From the NCBI GenBank assembly GCA_964187785.1, contig OZ076409.1, forward strand, positions 93,498,001 to 93,562,000: 64,000 nucleotides of DNA. The letters are read 5' to 3'. The notes beneath the pieces are model-generated. The model was not told the DNA's origin. It made no database searches and was given only the letters and a program-made list of their open reading frames with translations. This DNA comes from Amphiscolops sp. MND2022 (taxonomy: Eukaryota). The position numbers were made by a program, and so were the translations under genes. Below, one piece after another: positions 50,101 to 57,988 of this stretch. Positions within the stretch are counted from its first letter, which is position 1. Each line of letters begins with the position of its first letter.

Positions 50101-50763
50101 TATAGGTTCTGGTATTGAAGCGGACATGTTAATAAAAGTATCTTGTGGCATTGGTAGATTTTGAATAGGAGTAGCTAATTGCTGTGCGTGTTGAGGAGGT
50201 ACATGTTGAATTGTATTTTGCGGTAATGGATTAGGATTAGGATTTGGATTAGAATGCATTTGATATAAAGGATCAGTTGGTATGCGTGTGAGTGGAGGGT
50301 TTTGAAGTCTTCTTTGATGAGCTTGTGTAACATGAGCATAAGATGTAGAAGGATGTGAAGTTCCTTGATTTTGAGCATGTATATTTTGTGTTGTAGTGGT
50401 ATGATTTTGATTTATATTCGTATTAGTAGTTGCGTTAAATGAAGGATAAAAATTATAATTAAACGGATCATAATGTTGATTTGAGGTTTGAGGATTTTCA
50501 TTGTAATTGATATTTGAAGAAACTGATCTATTTGAACGGAAAACAGAAGGAACTGATGGAGGATCATATCTAGATTGAGTAATGTATCTTGTGGGATCAA
50601 GAGTAGTTCTTGTTGGAGATGCAACATTAACAGAAGTATTCTGAGCAATAGATGTAGTTAAAACATCATCTTGTATAGTATCATGAGTTTCGTCGTGTGT
50701 TTCATGTGTTTCATCCGGGTTTGGAATAAAGAACGTTATATTACGATTTGGAGATGCATCCAA
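44128..50763 (-). CDS. gag-pol: Gag-Pol polyprotein (capsid, zinc knuckle, RS-rich region, PR, RT, RNase H, integrase)
   Basis: LTGTALDWY..WNSFVQLF (gag); CSYCHKNNHSISNC; LLDTGAS (PR); YIDD (RT); DAS..GAVL, TDHKPL, ADMLSR (RNase H); HAHGH..CIEC, SMDTKGP, TDRGTEY, NGLVE (integrase); GPF motif. The frame is open up to 51069. Confidence 0.98.
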   Translation of the reverse strand: MDASPNRNITFFIPNPDETHETHDETHDTIQDDVLTTSIAQNTSVNVASPTRTTLDPTRYITQSRYDPPSVPSVFRSNRSVSSNINYNENPQTSNQHYDPFNYNFYPSFNATTNTNINQNHTTTTQNIHAQNQGTSHPSTSYAHVTQAHQRRLQNPPLTRIPTDPLYQMHSNPNPNPNPLPQNTIQHVPPQHAQQLATPIQNLPMPQDTFINMSASIPEPIKPFDGLDHSYTPEEYLQQVEARLTFAIGEEPQNNPIKYKYWHNRRMAYIQCSLTGTALDWYTNLHISYKQQWNSFVQLFKKQFSSQKTAYYAQVEAMSLMKKDNETVRHFALRVQQLVKKGWCNENAATINLKNNEIFTKGLPKKLKDFAHKRQVKHVSTLLEPSIPFHTLVRHVDSEDIANEKIRTNDLALEINKVSLEDDNSKKEFENEDHIMVTQSGDPNNKSKPAYRKYCSYCHKNNHSISNCYQKQRDDEYHKHNNQRSRTPQQSFVQYFRSKPNNPQENQNKNTNIYSSDNDRNKYNQNYFNDRYRNNDRYRSNSRETLQNNYRSNSRQRYYNRSRSPYRSRFDNYYQRRTPSRSPYRTPYRNNSNYRYNSRSRYRSRSQSQENSFKRYNHPYRSPSRPRDFRSRSRTPSRNRQQNRINQVDVKTTKDNDSTKFEIHTCQTSEIANTITPYSWFYPLYVHASETNDSILPTKLEILFLLDTGASISVLNLPTFYVISKQLNINVPTNLQNQRAKTLTVANQTEVPIIHYISITCFTEVNHQTRSFNIDFAVANIKYNILGTPFFKNHIQNIDFQQNVMTYKEQHSNLPIKTTFSTFTEKDYPYISYIYTIKCKEPIHFKPRSGKTIYFPIKNYSHLHFELEDNTKFYPTNPYTYFLQKFKNIFHFLDMMTNDKSKDSCATIIQNFTSQPATLPRGIIGYIEIPITQTTPSHYRVHDVNSLIHSVIHAYHPDITTPIKPNPYTDMNLCTRVTPQSLLEINKIEIKDKTLQLPIPSVIGNLQPSDKIRKDFPPLPYSTENQQFIKKFNFEYSDLTDTEYVNLCNILINNQHCYAKHKNDVGKISTPFRIRIKDNCKLHTQRPSKVPIHYRDRLNKLLQELEKYNIIKQIGSKTDEKHTIGTTFLNPLIIIPKGDSIKVVLDARHLNSNTNQELESWPIEPLAPQLARANKKYKSTIDLMYAYAHTPLDEETIKLTGFSSGDKLYAFIRGFYGLKGLPNFFTKQMSTFFRSLIDKRSALVYIDDILLLANEKQEMFELIKELHIIASRENLKLAPEKSFYMLLKVKFLGHEIGNNTIKPIPSKIEAIKRIPSPKEKKDVMQFLGSVNFYSKFIEKLHINLKPLYTLLHDDVKFQWTPELEAIFQNVKNAMTADTELTIPNTTNPFFITVDASLVGLGAVLFQMNEENKMKVISYNSRILNTQEQKLSTLDRELLAIVYALQIYEFLIIGSPHPIYLFTDHKPLLHCFAKKGNLSPRFYRAQMQLTKFSKLKIIHTPGKNLTVADMLSRTFTKEQLQVHQLRHKQLPPQIEFSILKDNQIKPVHYLVKHEEIKYNQKNDCHPILADYGDDQFSIRINNKGEDIHIKPLDSFSFQSIVPFESKYKRPTKNQAKSLLQQSTILNDTDILSDEDEPTQSNNVQYQTKEHTFAIQYPTKSDYCKQQVPFFDPSFFKYKKYFNYFFLPENTQITIETIKTQQNQDTVLQKVYQWILNNERPSQIDPTIAANSFLLVYYKIFNQLYINHDTKIIHIDYPNLHDSNPNQRDKICLPFKLFYAAFNKLHAHGHSGIKISIKAFNQFYFIPYLNKWMSIFIHDCIECQQNKHINQKLQTASVQTFSENASYFNYRISMDTKGPINPPSNQNSYIHVIVDAFSHFVVTVPIKQNNAQNAVNSLLHHWITKFGPPVYLVTDRGTEYINSEFANLCTTMGIRHSPRTPYAPWTNGLVENQNRNLGTHLRLFLHNTPENWSTQVHMYAYAHNSQPLSEINLSPYEIVFHTIPRIPINFELNLHRDTYRNCTSQYCQELPLHTHYDKSNLNPFFHKILSKPIPQWILATETAMIQIYHTVYENTKRKINSYAYFNKTYHNPRPLDIGTFVLKRNFLHVHFSDKLKPLRIGPFKIINKISDITYEIVSQDGYTSHIHRNHLIPYYPKEPTIFPFLQQYNPQLFNDSHSNINNQTTNSDENQSSDEDQFYSTTSNKKNGYTIHN

Positions 50764-50798
50764 AGAGGATTGAGGAGTACGTGTATTTCGTCTTTGAT

Positions 50799-51857
50799 CT
50801 ACAATACTAGTGGGAGCTCTAAATGATTGAGTGTGTACCGATGAAGTTCCTGTTTGTGATGGATTATGTGTTGAAATTGTAGATTCTTGAGTAGGAAATT
50901 CATTTTCATTATAGTTTTCATGTTCGTTTTGATGTTGTTGCTGAGGTGTATTATCATTTTCAGTAAGGTTGTTAATATTAGAATGTAGATGTTGTTGGAC
51001 TTGAGAACTTTGTTCATAGCTAAAAGGTCTATTGTCTGGAAATGTAATATTTTCTGAATTAGTAGAGGATCAAAACGTATGTAATCTAAAGTTTGTTTTG
51101 TAATTGATTGAGGTTTATGAAAATAAGGATTTTCATTTTGTTTATTGATGATGAATGGTAAACATTCGTCTGCTGTAAAATGATCTGGAAATTCTGTAAA
51201 AGCAGATTGATCTTGTTGTGACCATAATAGTTGATAATTAAATCTGAAGTATTTTCTAAGAAATAAAGATATTACTTTGATCTGAGAAATTGTTTGATCA
51301 TTTAATGTTAAATCTTTGAAGTAATGATAAATGAAGTTTTGAATTCGTAGTATATCTGCTTGTAACCAATGATGAGGATTGTCTTCAGGATTAACTATTC
51401 TTTCAATGATCTCTACATCGAAGTTGTTGATATATCGTTCAAGATCTTCTAGTGCATTTGGACTAAACCTTGGAGTATCATTTGTTAGATTGTGGTCCTT
51501 TACATTGTTTAGAAAAGCGTGAAAAACTTGATTGATGGGAACTTGTAGATTTATAGGATTTATTGTTCTTCTATATATATGAGATGAATTAGGTCCTTGT
51601 TGAGGAAAGGATATTTGAAAAGTGGGGTATTCTGTGGTAATAGTTAAAACTTTGTATCTAATATAGAAGAGGTAAGTGTCTAAATGTTCTCTGATAAGAG
51701 GAATTGTTTCGAGTGTATGGGGTTCATTTTCAAATGGGAGTGGTTGTGTATAATGTGAAATAATGTTTTGTAGAAATGGGTTTAATTCTAATTTTACTAC
51801 TTTTGCATTTTTAATGAGGGGTGTTTGAAAAGGTAAAAAAGTTGTTACTAAAGACAT
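50799..51857 (-). CDS. 5' ORF of element C; probable N-terminal part of Gag, joined to gag-pol by a -1 shift
   Basis: ATG at 51857. It overlaps the gag-pol frame, which opens at 51069 and has no ATG until far downstream. Confidence 0.75.
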   Translation of the reverse strand: MSLVTTFLPFQTPLIKNAKVVKLELNPFLQNIISHYTQPLPFENEPHTLETIPLIREHLDTYLFYIRYKVLTITTEYPTFQISFPQQGPNSSHIYRRTINPINLQVPINQVFHAFLNNVKDHNLTNDTPRFSPNALEDLERYINNFDVEIIERIVNPEDNPHHWLQADILRIQNFIYHYFKDLTLNDQTISQIKVISLFLRKYFRFNYQLLWSQQDQSAFTEFPDHFTADECLPFIINKQNENPYFHKPQSITKQTLDYIRFDPLLIQKILHFQTIDLLAMNKVLKSNNIYILILTTLLKMIIHLSNNIKTNMKTIMKMNFLLKNLQFQHIIHHKQELHRYTLNHLELPLVL

Positions 51858-53192
51858 ATTTTAAAGTTTATCTCTTATTACTGTGAGTATTTTTTCAAGA
51901 AGAACACAAACTATAAATAAGACACAAAACGTGTATGTTGTAATGAGTACTACTGTGGTAACTTTTTCCCACATGTTATAATGTGAAGATTAAAGCGTTA
52001 AAATTAATTTTTGTAGAAATATTTTATGTTGGAGCTCTTGGGTAATGTCTTTGGTGAAGTATAATAAAGAAAAAATATTGTTGATATCGTTCAATTAGTC
52101 TTTCAAAATCTTCTGTGGTAGGGTTTTGAAGTGAGTTAATTGGCGGAATGTAAAAGTTGAAAGGATAATTAAGTTGATTGTATATGTTAGGGATCATATA
52201 ATTTGTATTGTATATTGAAGTTCTTTGGGATGTTAATAGTTTTGGATAGAGAAAAAGAAACGAATGCAGTAGAATCTGTATTCAACCTCAAAGGATTGCT
52301 AACAGAAACTAAATGAAATTTTAAGTCTGGATTACTCTAAAGTGTCTAACATAAGGTTACTGACACATCCAGAAAACTAAAGTTATTTTATTTTAAGTAA
52401 GTTTGGTTTTTTAAGACTAAAGGAGTGGAACTCTGAACAATCAACGTCCACTTTCTAAAGTCTGATCAATACTGATCAAGATCAAAGTTTGATCTTCGTT
52501 GCTTTTACTTTTACTTTTACTTCCTGAGAATTTTGAAGATTCGAACGTAGTTCGGTGTCCTCTCGATTCTCCTTAATGACGTTTACACTTAACTAAGGTT
52601 TTTAGTCAGTCTTAGAATCAGAGTAAGCTGGGAAAGCTGTCTGATTGTCTAAGTCTTACGGGAGGGGATAGGAATTGCGGGTGCCTGAAAATAGAAAACT
52701 ACCTTTACAGTGTGTTTTTTATTTACATGCCTTACTTTTAAAGCGAAAGAGTTGTGAAGAGTGTATGTGGAGATTTGTTAAGATAATTGTTTTGTATAAT
52801 TATGTTAAAAGTATGAAATATATACTTAAGTATAAGTTAGTTATTTTTCTCAGTTGTTAAAATTGTGAATGTGCTTATGTGTTGTTTAAGTATTGGGAAT
52901 TATATGTGTTGTTTGTCGACAAGAAGAAAGAAATGAAATGAGGCTTGGTTGTATGTAATAGATATTCTTGGTTGCCTTTTTTTTGTATTCAGATTCTATT
53001 TCTGAAACTATTTTATCGAACTTTTTGTAGAAAATGGATCCAAAACGTAAAAGTAGAAAATCCAGGTTTTCTGCCAACACGAAGTTGATCTTGAAACGTA
53101 TGTGCTTATAGGTGAGCGAAGCTGGACATGCACTCAGTCAACTATTACACCAGGAGTCCACCTGACGTTCAAGATAGCAGGATCGAAGAAAT

Positions 53193-53523
53193 TTGCTGTG
53201 TCAAAGGTGTTAGAAAACCTTGATAAACCAGACAAATGTTGCTGTGTCAAAGGTGTTAGAAAACCTTGATAAACCAGACAAACATCAAAGAACTGTTTCA
53301 ACAAGCTTCCGGATTAGCTGTGATAAACCAGTATAGAGAACAGAACTGTGTCACTTGTGGATAAATCAGTCTGGAAAGAGAAGAGGAGCAGAACTGTGTC
53401 ACAATGGATAAATCAGTCTGAAATGAAACCGTTTCGACGTGTTAGAAAACGTGATAAACCGGTGTGAGAAGAAGAACAGAAAGAAGAACCGTATCAACGT
53501 GTTAGAAAACGTGATAAACCGGT
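53193..53523. repeat. Cluster of paired direct repeats with a shared GATAAA core in the 5' leader of element C
   Basis: 44-bp repeat at 53193 and 53239; CAGAACTGTGTCAC..TGGATAAATCAGTCTG twice; ACGTGTTAGAAAACGTGATAAACCGGT twice; seven GATAAA cores. Confidence 0.8.
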
Positions 53524-53746
53524 ATTGAAGAGAATTTGTTAAATGTGAATTAATTGTTGTAGTGGAGAAATTGTATGTCGAACAATGATGTATTTATTTA
53601 TGAAATTCAGAAAGTCACAGACTAAATTTTCAAGAAATTCTAGAAAAATTTCACTGCAATTCCAAAGAATTTCAAAGATGGAGAGTGGTATTTGTAGTAT
53701 TGTTGAGAGAAGAGAAATCATTCAGTAGCGAAAAGAAAAATTTTTA

Positions 53747-53758
53747 CAAGTCGCACCA
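53747..53758 (-). promoter_or_regulatory. Putative primer-binding site of element C
   Basis: Minus strand TGGTGCGACTTG, 3 nt after the 5' LTR; begins with TGG, but I cannot assign the tRNA. Confidence 0.55.
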
Positions 53759-53761
53759 AAT

Positions 53762-53998
53762 TGTGCTGCCTTAATTCTTAGTTGTGTGGTGGTTATTTTA
53801 GAGACTAACTAAGACAGGCTTATTCGAGGTTTATCTAGCTAGATTTCTGATGGTAAGAGTAGAACAAAAAGGAAGTCAACCAAATACTGATTATTAACTT
53901 TCTCTCTCTGAGGGAGTAGAGACTTACAATCATTCAATAAATAAATGTACATTATATAAACATTAAAATACTATTGGTTATTAATGTAGGTCAGTACA
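53762..53998 (-). repeat. 5' LTR of element C
   Basis: Identical to 35683-35919; followed by TSD ATAC. Confidence 0.97.
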
Positions 53999-54177
53999 AT
54001 ACTGTTGCAGGTTGTTCTTACTGGGAGTGATTACAGGCCAACATATGCCTTAAAAGTGTTTGTTAGATTCGAAAGGCACTCTAGGTTCATCAGTAATATT
54101 TTTTACAGATATCTTTCAAAGTATATTTTTTTTTATAATTTCAGAACGACGTCCATTATAAATACACTTCTTTAAAT

Positions 54178-54630
54178 AACAAGCCGGGACCGGCCCAAGT
54201 CGGCGCCATATCTAAGGCTCAAAAATAGCAAAAGGACTTCAATATGTCAAAGTATTGGTGAGTTGGGGACCCTTTTATGAAAAAAAAAATTGGAAAAAAA
54301 GTCTCACAATGCCGAAAAAACTGAAAGGGGGACCTATTGGGATTTTTCAACATCCATTCTGTCGCAAAACAGCAAAAAAATTGAAGGGGGCCCTTTGGGG
54401 AAAAGAATTTTCCAAAAAAAGTCTCGCAGTGCCGAAAAAAATTGAAAGGGGGGAAAACAGGAAAAACCTTTTTGGTTCAGTTCGCTAGGCCAAATGGTGC
54501 AATTTGGTGCAATAATATTTTGTAGAACTTATGTAGAACTATTGTGGTCAGTTCAGGTGGTCTTAAAAAAACACTGACGAAAAGCCATGACTATAGTCGA
54601 CTCTTTTCTAAAGAAAAGCGCCGACTAAAA
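54178..54630. mobile_element. DINE-1/HINE-like non-autonomous Helentron-type element
   Basis: Starts AACAAG. Subterminal inverted repeat AGTCGGCGC (54198-54206) / GCGCCGACT (54618-54626). Terminal hairpin 54595-54626 followed by AAAA. Internal tandem unit AAAAAAGTCTC.CA.TGCCGAAAAAA. Confidence 0.55.
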
Positions 54631-55218
54631 GCGAAGTCATTTCTTTATTTGGAAATAACCACAAACTCGAGTTTCAAAAGTGCGCAATTTATTGTCAATC
54701 CATTGTCCTTTCATCTTGCAACCTGATGACTTCGTTGAATTAGAATCTTTGACAATATGATAGCAAATGATTTCCCAAAGTTTTCAATAGCACAATGATT
54801 GACAAGACGGAATCGTATAAAATCGGCGCAATTGGTTTGTCAAGCAAGCGGTGTGAAAAAATTTTTGAAAAAGTGGACCATACAGATACATTTAGACGGA
54901 AAAAGACGCTGGTGTCTGTAATGGTCGGACGAACGCGTCGACTAAAACGTGTCGTCCAAATAAATTCGAACCAAATAATCACCGTTCAAATCGTCTATAA
55001 AGAATAACTTTCGCTACTAAAGTTTTCGACGAGTGAGCTTTCGGAACACTTACTACTTTCAATACGCTTCGAATGATCACATTTTGTGATGCGTACCGTA
55101 CACTTATTCCCAGACCACTACTTTTATTTCGTCCAAAATTGACCACGAGTATCGAAAACGAAAACTTTAAAAATTTTCGCTCACGCCAACTTCTACTCTG
55201 AAAACCAAAGTGATCGAT

Positions 55219-55658
55219 CAGGCGTGTTCAATGACTAATTATGGGTAAGAAGAATCATAATAAAGAATAAAATAATTTATTTTCACACTGACATGATTAA
55301 GAGTAATTATTTGTGGACCTGTTAAAATAAAAATTGAGATTACTAAAACCAAGAGCGTTTAATTTTAGCGAAACGAACGACTTTTCAGCAAAACAAAACG
55401 TGTAATGGGAGATCGCTGCCAAACACTCAGCCCAGTAAACTTTGAGTTGCAAATTTTTTTGATGGCTAACAACAAAATGTTGGTCTGTTTGTGATGTTCA
55501 GAGCATAATTTACACTTTTGCTGATATCCGTTTTTCGCTGAGAATATAAACAATTATTTTAGCAAAACAAATACTAAAATCATTTGTCTTTTTTCCACCC
55601 TGAAAATGCAATCATTCATTTTTGGACAAAAATATTATTCGAAGATTGAACACCCCTG
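55219..55658. mobile_element. MITE-like element with 14-bp TIRs (CAGG termini, hAT-like)
   Basis: CAGGCGTGTTCAAT ... ATTGAACACCCCTG (13/14 inverted match); no clean TSD. Confidence 0.45.
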
Positions 55659-56694
55659 GTTCGACTGATATTTACGTTAGAATAAATTCCTTTGTTACAG
55701 CCATTGCCCAAATCTTTTTCTGAGAGATTTGTGCTTCATATGAGTTGAATAAATCAACATCATTCACCGAAAATTGGTGATTGCGATGATGCTAAGACGT
55801 TATAATAGAAATTGGTACATTGATTGAGGTTCAACCAGTTCATCAACCTGAATGTTGATTGACTACGTTATGCCATGTATGGAAAACATATAAAACATAA
55901 AGAGTGCATACTATGGTCATTGCATGGTTTGAATGTTTTTTGTATCTTCATTGTATAACTTTGTTGGTTTCATAAAACACCAAAGGTGGCTTTTTAATAT
56001 GCAGATGATTTTAGGAGTCGGAAAGTTTCAAATTTCTCACAAACTGTCCATACAATCCTGATAAAGTTTTGCGCTGTCATTCAACACTACAAGGTGCACT
56101 TGCGTGCCCAATGACATCGAAATCGTATGAGTCGGATCTGAGAAACAGCCAACATTAGCCCAAAACTAACCAAAAACAGTCATGACGTTTTTCGATTTTC
56201 TCATAAACTGTCCATAGGATCCGAAAGAAAATTTTCACAATCATTCTACCCCGGGTCGACCCTCCATGGATATCTTAGTAAGATCTTGGCAAGGTCTTGG
56301 AAAAATCTTAGCTAAGATCTTGACAAGATATTGGCAAGAATTGCAAGATGTCATGGTAAGATCTTATCAAGAGAGCCATGTTTCAAAGAAAACTTTTATT
56401 GTAAAATCCTGTTTGGAAAGAAAAAATCTGAAAGGAAGTCAACAAAAATCAACATTTCTGCAGATTTATATTGTTAGACATTAAAACTTCTGTTACCGAT
56501 GTATAAAACTTGGTTGAAGAGATATTTATTTAGGAAGACGCTGGTTAAGTTGTTCTTTCAGTTCCCTAGTTGAAGCTGCAGGAACTTTTTACATGCTGCA
56601 GGCATGCATGCAGGGTAATTTTTTATAAAACCTAGAAAATTCAGTGAACTTCGGTTGGTAAATCATGTACAATTATACTGCATTTTCCACTATT

Positions 56695-57403
56695 TGTAAC
56701 GTCCGGCTAGCGGCGCACATCTAGGAAGAGGGACAATGCCTAGGATGCTTAAACAGGAGACCGTTGTCTTACTACATACCTAGACACTAGTTTTTGATCC
56801 CAAAATGGTCTCCATGGGGGACTTTTCTAACGTCTAAGGAGACTCCTCTAATTAGAGCTCCGAGGCGACGTGCCGGCACCCTCAAAGTCCGGACACGCCC
56901 CACAAGCCTGTAAAAACGTATCCTAAGGTTTTAGCGCGTTCCTGCCATCTCCTACATACTTCCGAGGTCCAAAAAGGTGTTTATCTGAAAAATGTCATTT
57001 CGACAGTTATGGGCATGAAATGCCGACCTAGAAGGTCAGGCATGGGAAAAATAATAAAACGATTTAATATGAATTAACAAAATAAAGGGGGATAAGCCCC
57101 GAGTGGAAATAGAGTTACTGTTTGCAGGTTCTCGGGGATCCGGTCATGTAGTTCTGGAATGGCTCTGCTTTCCCAGGGAGGACATAGCACCGGGTAGCGT
57201 TCTTCGGATTCTATCCCATGGATCTTCATGTCGTCAGTCGTCTACTTCTTTTTTTTCTTCTGTCGTTCTTCTCGTTCACGTGTTCTCTCTTTCATTTTTA
57301 TGGGCTTTAAGGACCTGCCAGGTCGGCCATTTTGATTCGCACCTTTTTTGGTTCTTGATCGAATTTTTCAACGAAAGCTTGGTGTTGACTGGTGGACGTT
57401 ACA
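56695..57403 (-). repeat. 3' LTR of element D (709 bp)
   Basis: TGT...ACA termini; homologous to solo LTR 34154-34883; minus-strand GGCCCGGGGAGGA (PPT) at 57404-57416. Confidence 0.88.
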
Positions 57404-57988
57404 TCCTCCCCGGGCCGTAGTTTGTCGTCCTCGGCAAACGAGAGGATGCTCGCACCCAAAGGGTACTCTGAGGTCCACAGAAAAGGTCTTATATCAAAGC
57501 TATGTTGATTTCACATTATTATTTTTTTCGCCTTACTACTGCATGTCTAGCACCCTAAAGCCATCGAATTCAAAAAGCACTGATTTTTAAGTTAAAAACC
57601 ATACAGTCGGATTTTCTCTTTAAAAAGGTTTTTTCACTAACTACTCAGTTCAAGTTAAAATTTCTTTTTCTAAAATTGGGCCCCTGCGCGGCCAAGTGAG
57701 TAACAACAACTTTTGGGCTTGGTAGAAGTTTCCAATTCAAATCAAAACGGGAGGGCACCGAACCGGGACCCACCCAGAGGATGTAACTATATTGCATTGT
57801 TACAATGGTAGTAAAGTAAAATATATATCAAACAAAACTCAGGAACTAAGGTTTATTGCACTGAAAGTTTCCAGCACCAGTAAGATGGTGTAGCACAACT
57901 AAAATCAGGAATTGGCATTAGTACATTGATGATAGGGTCCTTTATGCTCAATTGTGTTCTAACAGTCTTGGGGGTCCAGAGGACTCCT

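Larger units (their letters stand above)
35683..53998 (-). mobile_element. 18.3-kb Ty3/Gypsy LTR retroelement with env-like gene and accessory ORFs (element C)
   Basis: Identical 237-bp LTRs; 4-bp TSD ATAC (35679-35682 / 53999-54002); domain order PR-RT-RH-IN; downstream glycoprotein ORF. Confidence 0.97.

Noticed and set aside
48828..50648. Ile/Leu-rich alternative-frame ORFs inside gag-pol (48828, 50175, 50412; also 45690, 46737)
   Set aside because: By-products of the strong A/C codon bias of the element's sense strand.
54120..54180. Strong acceptor-like sequence ttttataatttcag as GPCR exon 2
   Set aside because: The phase-0 translation (NDVHYKYTSLNNK) has no TM3 character and runs into a repeat.
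56255..56400. CAAGA/TCTTG-rich tracts (also ~33310-33480 and 34035-34145)
   Set aside because: Probably fragments of a dispersed repeat, but I could not define ends, TIRs or TSD.
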